From NCBI GenBank assembly GCA_965203445.1, contig OZ241883.1, positions 1,504,001 to 1,568,000 on the forward strand: a stretch of DNA of 64,000 nt. Direction: 5' to 3'. Under the pieces are notes generated by a model that ran no database searches, had not been told where the DNA came from, and saw nothing but the letters and a program-made list of their open reading frames with translations. Below are positions 1-11,600 of this stretch, piece after piece. This stretch comes from Candidatus Oxydemutator sp. Lineage in GTDB: Bacteria > Pseudomonadota > Gammaproteobacteria > Poriferisulfidales > Oxydemutatoraceae. Numbering within the stretch: the first letter of the stretch is position 1; each line of letters opens with the position of its first letter. A program made the position numbers and the translations under genes.

Positions 1-1
1 G

Positions 2-400
2 TGCCGGCTGCTGCGCGCCGAGACGCTGAAGGTCAAGGAGATGGACTACGTGGCCGCGGCCAAGGTCCTGGGCACGCCGCGCGCGTTGATCCTGCTGCGC
101 CACGTGCTGCCGAACGTGATGCACATCGTCGTCATCACGGTGGCCCTCGATTTCAGCGGTCTGGTGCTGGCCGAGGCGGTGTTGTCCTACATCAACATCG
201 GCGTGGATCCGACGATGCACAGCTGGGGCAACATGATCAACGGCGCGCGCCTCGAGATGGCGCGCGAACCGGTGGTGTGGTGGCCGCTCGCGGCCGCGAT
301 GCTGTTCTTGTTCGGCCTCGTGTTGTGCGCCAACCTGCTGGCCGACGGCGTGCGCAACGCGTTCGACCCGCGCACCGAGACCGCGGGCGCAAACGATTGA
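2..400 (+). CDS. ABC peptide transporter permease (DppC/OppC-like), 5'-truncated by the window edge
   Basis: EAA-like loop (DYVAAAKVLG...HVLPN), LAEAVLSYINIG, and C-terminal NLLADGVRNAFDPR typical of DppC/OppC. Confidence 0.88.
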   Translation, partial: CRLLRAETLKVKEMDYVAAAKVLGTPRALILLRHVLPNVMHIVVITVALDFSGLVLAEAVLSYINIGVDPTMHSWGNMINGARLEMAREPVVWWPLAAAMLFLFGLVLCANLLADGVRNAFDPRTETAGAND

Positions 401-2073
401 TCGTGCCGGGCGCTTCCCGAAAACGGGATGAACCGCTGCTGAGCGTGCGCGGTTTGTGCGTCGAGACGGCGCGCCCCGGTGCGCGCGCGACGTTGCTCGA
501 TAACGTCTCCTTCGACGTTGTCCGCGGCGAAAGTTTCGCGTTGCTCGGCGAGTCCGGTTCCGGCAAGTCGTTGACGGCGCTGTCCATTTTGCGCCTGCTG
601 CCGGACGGGTTGCGCGTGCGTGCCGGCGCGGTGCGGCTGCACGGCCTCGATCTGTTACGCCAGCCGGCGGCCGCGCTGCGCGGCGTGCGCGGCGGCAGCG
701 TCGGCATGATCTTTCAAGAGCCGATGACGTCGTTGAACCCGGTGTTGAGCGCCGAGCGCCAGCTGACCGAGGCGCTCGCGCTGCACCGAGGCGAGCGCGG
801 CGCGCGCGCGCGGCGTTCGGCGTTGCGCCTTCTGGACGAGGTCGGCATCGCCGACGCCGGGCGCGTCCTCTCCAGTTATCCGCACGAGTTGTCGGGCGGC
901 ATGAAGCAGCGCGTGATGATCGCGACGGCGCTGGCCGGCGAACCCGAACTGTTGATCGCCGACGAGCCGACCACGGCGCTCGACGTCACGATACAGGCGC
1001 AGGTGCTCGAGTTGTTGCGGCGCTTGCAGCGCGACCGCGGCATGGCGATGTTGTTCATCTCGCACGATCTCGGCGTGGTCTCGAGCGTCGCCGGGCGCAT
1101 CGCGGTGATACGCGGCGGGCGCGTGCTCGAGCAGGCCTCCAGCCGGGGTTTCTTCCGCACCGCGCGCCACGACTACAGCCGTCGCCTGCGGGAAATGCTG
1201 CCCGGCCTCGACAAACGCGGGCGCTCGCTGTCGGACGGGACGCCGCTGCGCCCGGCGGCGTCCGCGGGCGCCGCGCTGATCGCCATAACCGATCTGGCGG
1301 TTCATTTTCCGATCAGGAAGGGCCCGTTCAAGCGCGTCGTCGCCCACGTCAAGGCGGTGGACGGCGTGTCGTTCACGTTGCGGCGCGGGCGCACCCTGGC
1401 TCTGGTCGGCGAGTCCGGCAGCGGCAAGACGACAATCGCCAGGGCGCTGCTCGGCCTGGTGCGGCCGAGCGCGGGCGACGCGCGCCTCGCCGGCGCCTGC
1501 GCCGGCGACGGCCAGGCTGAGGCCGGCGCGTGGGATTGGTTGCGGCGCAAGGCGCAGATCGTTTTTCAGGACCCGTTTTCGTCGCTGAACCCCAAAATGC
1601 AAGTCGAGCAACTGGTCGGCGAGGGCCTGCGGGCAAGACGCTTGGCGCACGGCGGCGCGTTGCGCGAGCGCGTCGCGTCGCTGCTGGTGCAGGTCGGCCT
1701 GTCGCCGGACCACATGCGCCGCCACCCGCATCAGTTTTCCGGCGGCCAGCGCCAGCGCATCTGCATCGCGCGCGCGCTGGCGGTGGAGCCGGAGCTGATC
1801 ATCTGGGACGAGCCGACCAGCGCCCTCGACGTCACGGTACAGGCGCGCATCCTCGACTTGTTTCAGAGTCTTCAGGCCGAGTTCGGGTTGAGCTACCTGT
1901 TCATCACGCACGACGTCTCGGTCGTGGCCTACATGGCGCACGAGATCGCGGTCATGCGCCGCGGACGCATTCTCGAGCACGCGCCCGCGACGTCGCTGCT
2001 CGAACGGCCGGCGCATGAATACACCAGGGAATTGTTGGCCGCGGTGCCGCCGCCGCCGGCGGGCGTGGCGTGA
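397..2073 (+). CDS. ABC peptide transporter ATP-binding protein with two fused ATPase domains
   Basis: Two Walker A motifs (GESGSGKS, GESGSGKT), signatures LSGGMKQR and FSGGQRQR, DEPT twice. Start is TTG 397 (overlapping the upstream TGA) or GTG 403. Confidence 0.9.
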   Translation: MIVPGASRKRDEPLLSVRGLCVETARPGARATLLDNVSFDVVRGESFALLGESGSGKSLTALSILRLLPDGLRVRAGAVRLHGLDLLRQPAAALRGVRGGSVGMIFQEPMTSLNPVLSAERQLTEALALHRGERGARARRSALRLLDEVGIADAGRVLSSYPHELSGGMKQRVMIATALAGEPELLIADEPTTALDVTIQAQVLELLRRLQRDRGMAMLFISHDLGVVSSVAGRIAVIRGGRVLEQASSRGFFRTARHDYSRRLREMLPGLDKRGRSLSDGTPLRPAASAGAALIAITDLAVHFPIRKGPFKRVVAHVKAVDGVSFTLRRGRTLALVGESGSGKTTIARALLGLVRPSAGDARLAGACAGDGQAEAGAWDWLRRKAQIVFQDPFSSLNPKMQVEQLVGEGLRARRLAHGGALRERVASLLVQVGLSPDHMRRHPHQFSGGQRQRICIARALAVEPELIIWDEPTSALDVTVQARILDLFQSLQAEFGLSYLFITHDVSVVAYMAHEIAVMRRGRILEHAPATSLLERPAHEYTRELLAAVPPPPAGVA

Positions 2074-2858
2074 TGAAACGCCCGTTCGGACGCCGCGCCG
2101 CGCCGTGGACGCCGCCGCAGACGTCGGCGCTGTTGTCGCAATGGTATCGCGCGCCGCGCGGCCGGCGCCTGTTGCGCGAGACCGAGGTCGCGCTGGCGCC
2201 GTGGACCGAGCGCGCCGTCGGCTACTACGCGCTCGAGGTTCGCTCGTTTGAATCGAACGCCACGTGGCTGGACGCCAGTCCGGTGCAGGTGCATTTCCCG
2301 CTCAGTCCGGTGCGCCAGAAGGACAGCCGCGTGGTCGGTGATTTCCTGCGTCTGCCGTTCGAGGCCAACAGCCTCGATTTGGTCGTCGCGCACCACGTGC
2401 TTGAGTTCTGCGCCGATCCGCACGAGTTTTTGCGCGAGGTGGATCGCGTGCTGATACCGGAGGGGCGCGTGATCGTCGTCGGCTTCAACCCGTTCGGCGT
2501 GCACGGCCTGCTCCAGTGGTTCAAGTCGCGCGCGGCGGCGCCCTGGGGCGGGCATTTTTACCCGGCGCTGCGCGTGCGCGAATGGTTTTCGGTGCTCGGC
2601 TTCGACCTCGAAAAGACACGTTATTTTGCGTTCCCGTTCGCGCCGCCGCCGGCCGCGGCCGCGTCGGCTCGCGCGCCGCGGGCGACGTCGTGGGCGCGGC
2701 TGTTGCCTTTCTGCGGCGCGTTGTTCGCGCTGCTCGCGGTCAAGCGCGTGTCGCGGGTGGTTGCGGTGGGCGCGTCGTGGGCGCCCAAAAAAGTTCTGGC
2801 CGGCAAGGGAATGCAGCCGACGGCGCGGCTGCGGCAAGGCGCGGTTCCCCGGATATAA
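2070..2858 (+). CDS. Class I SAM-dependent methyltransferase (YafS-like)
   Basis: LPFEANSLDLVVAHHVLEF, LREVDRVLIPEG, GFNP; usual position upstream of rnhA. Confidence 0.8.
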   Translation: MMKRPFGRRAAPWTPPQTSALLSQWYRAPRGRRLLRETEVALAPWTERAVGYYALEVRSFESNATWLDASPVQVHFPLSPVRQKDSRVVGDFLRLPFEANSLDLVVAHHVLEFCADPHEFLREVDRVLIPEGRVIVVGFNPFGVHGLLQWFKSRAAAPWGGHFYPALRVREWFSVLGFDLEKTRYFAFPFAPPPAAAASARAPRATSWARLLPFCGALFALLAVKRVSRVVAVGASWAPKKVLAGKGMQPTARLRQGAVPRI

Positions 2859-2865
2859 TCTCCTC

Positions 2866-3306
2866 GTGCCCGAACTTCCGATCACGATCTACATAGACGG
2901 CGCCTGCCGCAACAACCCAGGGCCGGGAGGATGGGCCGCGCTGCTGAGTTACCGCGGGCGCGAGCGGGAGATCAGCGGCGGCGAGCCGCACACGACCAAC
3001 AACCGCATGGAGCTGCAGGCCGCGATCGGCGCGCTGTCGGCGGTACGCCAACGGCGCCCGTTGCGTATCGTCACCGACTCGCAGTATCTGAAGAACGGCA
3101 TCGAACGGTGGCTGCCGCGCTGGAAGCGCAACGGCTGGAAAACCTCCGCCAAAAAGCCGGTCAAGAACGGCGACCTGTGGCGGCAACTCGACCGCCTGGC
3201 TCGAAACTTCGACGTCGAATGGCGTTGGGTGCGCGGCCACAGCGGCTGCCCCGGCAACGAGCGCGTCGACCGCTTGGCGCGGCGCAGCATTCCCGGGCCG
3301 CGATGA
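2866..3306 (+). CDS. rnhA: Ribonuclease HI
   Basis: IYIDGACRNNPGPGGW, TTNNRMEL, TDSQY, WVRGHSG...NERVD; GTG start at 2866. Confidence 0.96.
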   Translation: MPELPITIYIDGACRNNPGPGGWAALLSYRGREREISGGEPHTTNNRMELQAAIGALSAVRQRRPLRIVTDSQYLKNGIERWLPRWKRNGWKTSAKKPVKNGDLWRQLDRLARNFDVEWRWVRGHSGCPGNERVDRLARRSIPGPR

Positions 3307-4013
3307 GGCAGATCGTCCTCGACACCGAAACGACCGGGCTGGAGGCCGACGCCGGTCACCGTATCATCGAGATCGCGTGCCTCGAGCTGGTGGCGCGCAG
3401 GATTACCGGCGACCACTTCCACCGCTATCTCAACCCCGGGCGCAAGAGCGACCCGCGCGCGTTCGAGGTGCACCGCATCACCGACGAGTTTTTGCTGGAC
3501 AAGCCCTCGTTCGCCGACGTCTGCGACGATTTTTTGCGCTACGTCGAGGGCGCCGAAATCATCATCCACAACGCGGCCTTCGATCTCTCCTTTATCAACG
3601 CCGAATTGCGCCGTGTCGACGCGGCCGCGCCGGCCTTGCTCGAGCGCACCGGCTGCACCTTATGCGACTCGTTGGAACTGGCGCGCACCAAGTTTCCCGG
3701 CTTGCAGAACAACCTGGACGCGCTGAGCGACCGCTACTCGATAGACCGCTCGTCGCGCAACGAACGCCACGGCGCGAGGATAGACGCCGAGCTGCTCGCC
3801 AAGGTCTATCTCGCGCTGACCGGCGGGCAGACGGCGATGTCGTTCGGCGCCGCCGACGCGGCGGTTCTGGCCGAGGCACCCGAACTCGGCGATCTCGGTG
3901 CCGACGATCTGCCGGTGATTCGCGCCGACGCCGACGAAACCGCCCGCCACCGGCGCTTTCTCGAGCGTCTCGCGCGTGAGTCGCGCGGCGGCTGCGTCTG
4001 GCCGCAGGAGTGA
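3303..4013 (+). CDS. dnaQ: DNA polymerase III epsilon subunit
   Basis: MRQIVLDTETTG, HNAAFD, HGARIDAELLAKVYLALTGGQ; ATGA overlap with rnhA. Confidence 0.96.
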   Translation: MRQIVLDTETTGLEADAGHRIIEIACLELVARRITGDHFHRYLNPGRKSDPRAFEVHRITDEFLLDKPSFADVCDDFLRYVEGAEIIIHNAAFDLSFINAELRRVDAAAPALLERTGCTLCDSLELARTKFPGLQNNLDALSDRYSIDRSSRNERHGARIDAELLAKVYLALTGGQTAMSFGAADAAVLAEAPELGDLGADDLPVIRADADETARHRRFLERLARESRGGCVWPQE

Positions 4014-4126
4014 CCGGGCCGCGGCTGTCGCGCCGATACGAGCGGCCAGGCGCCGCCCGAGGCCGTTCGCCAGGAATCCGCCCGCGCTGTTATAATCCCC
4101 GTCCATTCAACCCGCAGGGAGACCTA

Positions 4127-4372
4127 ATGATGACGAGAATGTACACGCTCATTGCCGCGGCGCCGCTGGCCCTGATGGCGCTTTTCGGTTGTGCCGGCGA
4201 AGAAAGCGCGCACAAATGGCAAGCCACGATCTATGCGACTGGCGGCGACGAGGGTCAGATGCTGGGCCCGTTTGCCTCGCGCGAAGAATGTACCGAGGCT
4301 TCGATGCAGCATTTGGGCGCCGGCGACGGCCATGATCAGCCGATGGCCTTCGGTTGCGCGATGATGAAATAG
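4127..4372 (+). CDS. Small hypothetical lipoprotein (81 aa)
   Basis: TATAAT at 4091, AGGGAG SD, hydrophobic signal ending in lipobox-like LFGC, two further Cys. Confidence 0.6.
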   Translation: MMTRMYTLIAAAPLALMALFGCAGEESAHKWQATIYATGGDEGQMLGPFASREECTEASMQHLGAGDGHDQPMAFGCAMMK

Positions 4373-4415
4373 GCGCTCGTCGGCGACGCTCGTCGCCGTA
4401 CCTGATCGCCGGCCG

Positions 4416-5291
4416 TCAGCCGCGCAGGTTTCGGCGCACGCTTCTGGCGAGCGCCGACGAGTCCAGATCGGGGCCGTCTTCTTCCACCGCCTGGCGCATG
4501 CAGCTCTCGGCCAGCGCCAGGCCGTGCAGACGTATGCCCAGGGCCGTCGCCGTCGCCGTCGCGATGCGCAAGTCCTTCAGGTGCAGCCCCGACTTGAAGC
4601 CGGGGCGATAATCCTCGTCCAACATGCGTTTGCCGTGCACCTCGAGGATTTTGCTGTTGGCGAACCCGCCCAACAGCGCCTCGCGCACGCGCCGCGCGTC
4701 GACGCCGGCGGCGGCGGCGAACTCGAACGCCTCGGCGCACGCCAGCATCGTCTGCGCGACCAGCAGTTGGTTACAGGCTTTTGCGACCTGCCCGGCGCCG
4801 TTGCCGCCTACGTGCGTGACGTTGCGCCCCATCACCCGCAGCAGCGGCAGCGCGCGCGCGAACGCCCGTTGCCGGCCGCCGACCATGATCGAGAGCGTGC
4901 CGGCCACCGCGCCGCTCTCGCCGCCCGACACCGGCGCGTCCAACATCTCGATTTCCCGGCGCGCCAAGCGCGCCGCGATCGCGCGCGTCGCCTCGGGCGA
5001 GATCGTGCTCAGGTCCACGACCATGCTGCCGCGCGCGGCGCCCTCGATGACGCCGCCGGCGCCCAACACGACCTGCTCGACGTCGGGGGTGTCGGACACC
5101 ATCGTGAAGCATATCCCGGCGCGGCTCGCGGCCCGTGCCGGGTCGTCGCAGGCGATGGCGCCGCGCGCGACGAGCGCCGCCAGCGCCTGCTTGCGGCGCG
5201 CGTGGACGAACAGCGTGTGCCCGGCGTCCAGCAGATTGCAGGCCATCGGCCGCCCCATGATGCCGAGGCCGATAAAAGCGATTTTTTCCAT
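4416..5291 (-). CDS. NAD(P)-dependent beta-hydroxyacid dehydrogenase (2-hydroxy-3-oxopropionate reductase GarR/GlxR-like)
   Basis: FIGLGIMG, DAPVSGG, LSIMVGG, GAGQVAKACNQ, KDL. Confidence 0.88.
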   Translation of the reverse strand: MEKIAFIGLGIMGRPMACNLLDAGHTLFVHARRKQALAALVARGAIACDDPARAASRAGICFTMVSDTPDVEQVVLGAGGVIEGAARGSMVVDLSTISPEATRAIAARLARREIEMLDAPVSGGESGAVAGTLSIMVGGRQRAFARALPLLRVMGRNVTHVGGNGAGQVAKACNQLLVAQTMLACAEAFEFAAAAGVDARRVREALLGGFANSKILEVHGKRMLDEDYRPGFKSGLHLKDLRIATATATALGIRLHGLALAESCMRQAVEEDGPDLDSSALARSVRRNLRG

Positions 5292-5319
5292 TGTCCGATA
5301 TTCCGATATGATAAGGGTA

Positions 5320-6330
5320 GTGAAAGCCTATTGTAATCAACTGCCGCGCCTGCTCGACCGGGGACTGGCGCCGTTCTACCTGGTGTCGGGCGAGGAACCG
5401 CTGCAACAAATGGAGGCGGCCGATTTGATTCGCGCGCGCGCGCGCGCCGCGGGCTACGGCCACCGCGAGTTTTTTTTCGCGGGAGCCGACTTCGACTGGG
5501 AGCGTCTCGATCTTGCCGCCGACAATCCGTCGTTGTTCTGCGAGCGGCGTTTCATCGAGGTGCGCGTTTTGGCGGACAAGCCGCCGGCGCGCGCCGCCGC
5601 GTTTTTCAACGGCGTGCTCGAGGCGCCGCCGCAAGGAACGTTGTTCCTGGTGCAGGCGCGCAAGGTGGACGGGCGCGCGGCGTGGGTCAGGCGCGTCGTC
5701 GAACGCGGCGTCTGGATACAGGTATACGAAAAGAGCCTGGCCGAACTGAGAAGCTGGCTGGGCGAGCGCATGTTGCGCCGCGGCCTGGTCGCGGGCGACG
5801 GCGTCGTCGAGTTCCTGGCCGCGCGCGTCGAGGGCAATCTGCCGGCGGCGGCGCAGGAGGTCGAGAAACTGAGGCTGGTTTGTGGCGAAGGCCGCGTCGG
5901 TATCGAAGACGTCGAGCGCGTCATTGCCGACGGCGCGCATTACAACGTCTATGACCTGGCCGACGCCGCCGTCGCCGGCGAGCGTCTGCGGGCGGTGCGC
6001 GTGTTGCAGGGATTGCGCGCCGAAGCCGCGCCCGAACCGCTGGTGCTGTGGGCTTTGGCCGACCAGCTGCGCCGTCTGATCGCGCTCGAGCGGCGCGTGG
6101 CCGAAGGCGTCGGCGTCGAATCGCTGCTGCGCACGGTGTGGAAGAAGAAACAGCCGGTGTACCGCAAGGCATTGTCGCGCGGCCTCGGGCGGCGCTGGTG
6201 GATGTTGCTGCACGCTTGCCACGAGGCCGACAAGGCGATCAAGGGCCATGCCGACGACGGCGCCTGGCACGAACTGCTGCGCCTGGTGCTGCGCATGGCC
6301 GGCGCCGGCGCCCTGCGCCGCGCCGCGTGA
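5320..6330 (+). CDS. holA: DNA polymerase III delta subunit
   Basis: [37 protein letters not shown]; start GTG 5320 (or ATG 5308). Confidence 0.9.
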   Translation: MKAYCNQLPRLLDRGLAPFYLVSGEEPLQQMEAADLIRARARAAGYGHREFFFAGADFDWERLDLAADNPSLFCERRFIEVRVLADKPPARAAAFFNGVLEAPPQGTLFLVQARKVDGRAAWVRRVVERGVWIQVYEKSLAELRSWLGERMLRRGLVAGDGVVEFLAARVEGNLPAAAQEVEKLRLVCGEGRVGIEDVERVIADGAHYNVYDLADAAVAGERLRAVRVLQGLRAEAAPEPLVLWALADQLRRLIALERRVAEGVGVESLLRTVWKKKQPVYRKALSRGLGRRWWMLLHACHEADKAIKGHADDGAWHELLRLVLRMAGAGALRRAA

Positions 6331-6358
6331 CGGCGGTGCTGCGACCCGCCGCGGTTTT

Positions 6359-7624
6359 ATGGCCGACGCGAACGTAGGGGCGCGCTTGCGGGAGGTCGGC
6401 GAGGCCGCGAGGACTTGCGCCGCGATTATCGGCGCCGCCGACACCGCGCTCAAGAACCGCGCGCTGGACGAGATCGTCAAGCAGTTGCAGATGGCGCGCG
6501 CGCGCCTGCTCGGCGAAAACGAGAAGGACGTGCGCGCCGGGCGCAAGCGCGGCCTCGACGACGCGCTGCTCGACCGGCTCGAGCTGAACGACGCGCGCGT
6601 GGACGCGATGATGGACGGCGTGCGCCAGATAGCCGCGCTGCCCGATCCGGTCGGCGAGATCAGCGACGTGCGACCGCGGCCTTCGGGCATACACGTCGGG
6701 CACATGCGCGTGCCGCTGGGCGTGATCGGCGTCATCTACGAGGCGCGCCCCAACGTCACGGTGGACGCCGCGGCCTTGTGCCTGAAGTCGGGCAACGCGG
6801 CCGTTTTGCGCGGTGGTTCCGAGGCGATACACTCCAACCGCGCGATTGCCGCGTGCATAGAAAGCGGCCTCGAGCGGGCCGGGTTGCCGGCGGCCTGCGT
6901 GCAGGTCGTCAAGATCGCCGGGCGCGAGGCCGTCGGTGCGCTGCTGGCGTTAGACGAGTATATCGACGTCATCATCCCGAGGGGCGGCAAGGGACTGCTG
7001 CGGCGCGTCAAGGCCGAGTCGGCGATTCCGGTCATCCAGCACCTGGACGGCGTCTGCCACGTCTACGTGGACGACCGCGCCGATCGCGACATGGCGCTGG
7101 CCGTCGCCGAGAACGCAAAAGCGCAGCGCTTCGGCGTATGCAACGCGATGGAGACCTTGCTGGTCGCGGAGCGCGTCGCCGCCGATTTCCTGCCGCGTTT
7201 CGCCGCGCGCATGGAACGCCGCGGCGTCGCACTCAGGGGGTGCGAGCAGACGTGCCGCCTGCTGCCGGAGGCCGCGGCCGCCGGCGAGGATGACTGGGGC
7301 GCGGAATACCTGGCGCCGATCCTGGCCGTCAAGATAGTCGCCGGCCTCGACGAGGCCGTCGCCCACGTCGAACGCTATGGTTCGGGGCACACCGACGCGA
7401 TTGTCACCGGCGATTACGCGCGCGCGATGTATTTTTTGCGGCGCGTCAATTCGAGCTCGGTGCTGGTCAACGCCTCGACTCGCTTTTCCGACGGCTACGA
7501 GTACGGCCTGGGCGCGGAGATCGGCATCAGCACCGGCGTTTTGCACGTGCGCGGCCCGGTCGGGCTCGACGGGCTGACTACGCGCAAGTTCGTCGTTTTT
7601 GGCGACGGCCACGTGCGTGAATAG
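6359..7624 (+). CDS. proA: Gamma-glutamyl phosphate reductase
   Basis: [53 protein letters not shown]. Confidence 0.96.
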   Translation: MADANVGARLREVGEAARTCAAIIGAADTALKNRALDEIVKQLQMARARLLGENEKDVRAGRKRGLDDALLDRLELNDARVDAMMDGVRQIAALPDPVGEISDVRPRPSGIHVGHMRVPLGVIGVIYEARPNVTVDAAALCLKSGNAAVLRGGSEAIHSNRAIAACIESGLERAGLPAACVQVVKIAGREAVGALLALDEYIDVIIPRGGKGLLRRVKAESAIPVIQHLDGVCHVYVDDRADRDMALAVAENAKAQRFGVCNAMETLLVAERVAADFLPRFAARMERRGVALRGCEQTCRLLPEAAAAGEDDWGAEYLAPILAVKIVAGLDEAVAHVERYGSGHTDAIVTGDYARAMYFLRRVNSSSVLVNASTRFSDGYEYGLGAEIGISTGVLHVRGPVGLDGLTTRKFVVFGDGHVRE

Positions 7625-7650
7625 GGCGGCGCGGGAACCGGAGGTGCCTG

Positions 7651-8292
7651 GTGATCGCGGTCATGGGGGGCGTTTTCGACCCGGTCCATTTCGGCCACCT
7701 CAGGCCGGCCCTCGAACTGCTGGCGTGTCCGGAAGTCGCGCAGCTGCGTCTGGTGCCGTGTCGCGTGCACGCGGACAAGGCGCCGGCCGCGGCCGCGCCC
7801 GGTCATCGCTTGCGGATGCTCGAGCTGGTCGCGGGCGGCGGTCTGGCGGTGGATGCGCGCGAACTTGCGCGCGACGGCACGTCCTACACCGCCGACACGC
7901 TCGATCACCTGCGCGCCGAGGTCGGCGACGGGCAATCGCTGGCTTTCGTCGCGGGCCGCGACGTCGCGGCGCAGATCGCGGACTGGGAGCGCGCCGCGCG
8001 CTTGCCGCGCTTAAGCCATCTGATAGTGTTGGCGCGCCCGCGGTGCGGACGCGCCGCCGCGACGCGCGCGCCGTCGTTGCCGTGGCGCAACGCCCGCGAC
8101 TTGCGGGCGCTGGCGGCGCGCCCCGCCGGACTCGTGTATTTCATGCCCAATCGTTCGCTCGATATTTCCTCGACGACGATACGCGCGATGATCGGGCGTC
8201 GGCGCGAGCCGCGCTATCTGCTGCCGGGGGCGGTGTGGAATTACATCCGCCGCCACCGTCTTTACGGCTGGAACGACGCCGGTGAAGGCTGA
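7651..8292 (+). CDS. nadD: Nicotinate-nucleotide adenylyltransferase
   Basis: GGVFDPVHFGH, SYTADTL, ISSTTIR; lies between proA and rsfS. Confidence 0.92.
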   Translation: MIAVMGGVFDPVHFGHLRPALELLACPEVAQLRLVPCRVHADKAPAAAAPGHRLRMLELVAGGGLAVDARELARDGTSYTADTLDHLRAEVGDGQSLAFVAGRDVAAQIADWERAARLPRLSHLIVLARPRCGRAAATRAPSLPWRNARDLRALAARPAGLVYFMPNRSLDISSTTIRAMIGRRREPRYLLPGAVWNYIRRHRLYGWNDAGEG

Positions 8293-8608
8293 TCAACTGT
8301 GCCGCCTGGTGCTCGATTGCCTGGGTGACATGAAGGCGCGCGACGTGCTCGATCTCGACGTGCGCGGCAGAACGACGATCACCGACCACTTCATCATCGC
8401 CACCGGCACCTCGAGCCGCCACGCGCAGGCCGTGTCCGACCGCATCGTCGAGACCGCGCGCGAGCACGGCGTGCGCCCGCTGGGCGTCGAGGGCCGCGAC
8501 GCCGCCGACTGGATCCTGATCGACCTGGGCGACGTCGTCGTGCACGTGATGCAGGACGCCGCGCGCGGGTTTTACGATCTGGAGGAATTGTGGCGCGCCG
8601 CGATTTGA
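8282..8608 (+). CDS. rsfS: Ribosome silencing factor
   Basis: DMKARDV...IATGTSSRH, WILIDLGDVVVHVM, FYDLEELW. Confidence 0.95.
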   Translation: MKADQLCRLVLDCLGDMKARDVLDLDVRGRTTITDHFIIATGTSSRHAQAVSDRIVETAREHGVRPLGVEGRDAADWILIDLGDVVVHVMQDAARGFYDLEELWRAAI

Positions 8609-11600
8609 TCGCGGCGGCGCGCAAGGCGGCGTATCCGGCGCTGTGCGCGCTCGCCGCGGCACTGGTGCTGCTCGCCGCGCTGAGCGTCGCCGCGCGCTGG
8701 CTGCTGGCCGACGCCGACGACTACCGCGACGAATTCGCCGCCATCGTCGGCGACGCGCTCGGCGTCGAGCTCGAGGTCGCGGGGCTGCGCGCGCGTCCGC
8801 GCGGCCGCGGTTTGACGGTGACGGCGTCGGGGCTGGTGCTGCGCTCGGCGCCGCTGCCGATGTCAATGCGCGAGGCGACGGTCGAATTCGACCTGCTGCG
8901 GTCGCTGTTTTCGATGCGACCGCGGATCTCCGCGGTGCGCGCCGCGGGCGCCACTCTCGATCTCGCGGCCCCCGACGCGCGCCTGAGCGGCGCTCTGGTC
9001 GCCGCTCTGTTCGGCGACGACGGCGCCGGCGTCACGCCGCCGGACTTGTACATAGAGGACGCGCTCGTCCGCTGGCGCGATACCGTAACGGGCGAGACTC
9101 GCCGCTTTGAGAACGCGCGCTTTGCGCTGCACCGTACGGGATTCTCCGGCGGCGGTCTGCGCGCGCTCATCGAGACCGATCTGCCGCCCGCGCTTGGACG
9201 GCGGCTGCGCCTGGTCTTCGACGTCCCCGACGTCGCGGTCTCCGCTTCGGCGAGTTTTCACGCCGACCTCGACGCCGTCGAGATCGGCGGCGGCTGCGAA
9301 CTGGCGACGGGCGAGCGTTGCTGGGAGGGCCGGGTTTCCGGCAAGCTGTGGGGTGCCGTGGACCGCGGCGACGTGCGCCTCGGATGGTCCGAGGCGCTGC
9401 TGCAACCGGGCGCCGCGGACGCGCCGGCGTTTCCGCTCGGCGGCAACGCGCGGTGGTCCGGCGCGGGCCGACGCTCGTCGTTCGTATTGACGCTCGCGGA
9501 TTTGCCGCTGGCGCACGTTCCCGCCTGGTTGCCCGCGGAAACGCTGCCGCCGCGCTTTGCCGCGTGGCTGCGCCGTGCGCTGCGCGCCGGGCGCGTTGCG
9601 CGAGCGCGGGTGAGCTTTGCCGGGGCGCCGGCGGACTTTTCGTTCGTCGAAGACGTGCGCGTAAGCGCCGATATCACCGGCGCCGAGGTGGACTACCGCA
9701 AGGGTCGTCCGTCGTTGCGCGACGTCGACGCGAGGGTCGTTTTCGAGGGCGGCGCCTTGCGGGTGAGCGCCTCGCGCGTGCAAATCCTCGATACGCGTTC
9801 GGACCATGCGGTCGTCACTATCGCCGACGTGCGGCGGCCGTTGTTGTCGGTGGACGCGCGCGCGCGCGGGCCGCTGGCCGACGTGCTTTCGTATCTGCGC
9901 GTGATCGGGCTGTTCGATGCATACGGCGTGACCACCGCGCATCTGACCGCGAGTGGTGACAGCCGCTTGCGGCTGATCGTAAAAACCCCTCTCGACCGCG
10001 AGGTCGAGCACGCCACGCTGGTCGAGGGCACGCTCGATTTTGAAGGTTCGGGTCTGTCTTTTCCGGCGCTTCGATTCGGCTTCGACGACGTGCGCGGCAG
10101 CCTGGCGTTCGACCGCGACGGTGGCCGTGCCGACGAGATCGAGGCCGAATGGAGGAGCCACCCCGTCGCAATTCGCGCGCGCACCACGGACGGCGGCACC
10201 CTGGTCGCCGTCGGCGCGAAGTTCGCGCCGTACCCGGCGTTTGCCGACTTGGCGCCCGCGTTCGCGGATTTCGTCAGCGGCGAGGCGCGATGGAACGCCG
10301 AGGTGTTCATTCCGAATCCGGGCCGGCGCCCGGCGCCCGCGGGCGGCGCGACGTTCGGCGTGCGCCTGACGTCGGATCTGCGCGGCCTCGCCGTGGACCT
10401 GCCGTCGCCCCTCGGCAAGGGCGGCGGCGAGACGAGACCCCTTTTGTTCGAGACCGGTCTGGGGGCGTCGTCGTGGCGCGCCGCCTACGGCGGCCTGCAC
10501 GTGGCCTCGTCGGGCGTCGGCGCCGCGCGGCGGGGCGCGCTCGAACCGGCGGCGACGCTGAACGTGCGCGGCGTCGTCGAAGAGCGCACCGACTTCGGCG
10601 AGTGGATGCGGTGGTGGCGCATGCACGGGGACGACGTCGGCGACGGCGGGTTTGCGCCGCCCGAGGCATTGCACCTCGTCTTCCGACGCGCCGCCGTCGG
10701 CGGGGAGGCGCTCGGCACGATGGAGTTGAAGACCATGCGCGCGCGCGACGGGCAGTTGAAGTTGCACCTGGATTCGGCACCGATCCGGGGCGAAATGGCG
10801 TTTGCGAAGGCGGGCGCGACGGCGCCGCGCGTCTACGTGGATTTGGCGCGTCTGCACCTGACGGGAGCCATGTTCGAGGGGCCATCGTCCGAGTTGCCCG
10901 ATCCCGCGGCCCTGCCGCCGTTGGCGCTCAAGATCGGGGAGTTTCGGATGGACGGGATCGCGGCCGACGACTTGCGCGTGGTGACCAACCCGGCGGGGCC
11001 GGGCATGGAAATCTCGAAGGCGAGTTTTCGCAGTCTCGAAGACGGGCGGGCGATCACCGACGTCAGTCTCGCCGGCAGTTGGATCGGCGGCGACAATCCG
11101 CGCAGCGACGTCGAATTCAGTCTGGCGAGCGAGGATTACGGCAGCCTGTTGAGGCTGTGGGGTTTTCGCACCGGCCTGCGAGGGGGGCGCGGCGAGGTGC
11201 GCGGGCGCGTCGCCTGGAACGACGATCTGCCGCGTTTCGGCCTGGACAAGATCGAGGGCGACGTGGCCATCGCCCTGCGCGACGGCACCGTCGAGACGGT
11301 CGAGCCCGGCGTCGGCAAGCTGCTCGGTTTGTTGAACATCTCGGAGATCGCGCAGCGCTTCACGCTCGACTTCAGGGACGTCTTTAACAAGGGTCTCGTG
11401 TTCGAGGATCTGCGCGGCGACCTGTCCTTCGGCGGCGGCAACATGACGACCGACAATTTCACCGTCGAAAGCTCATCGCTCGACATGACCATCCGCGGGC
11501 GCACCGGCATCGCCGCGCGCGATTACGACCAGCGCATCGAGGTCGTGCCCCACGTCAGCACGGCCGTGCCGCTGCTGTCGGCGCTGGTCGCCGGCCCGGT

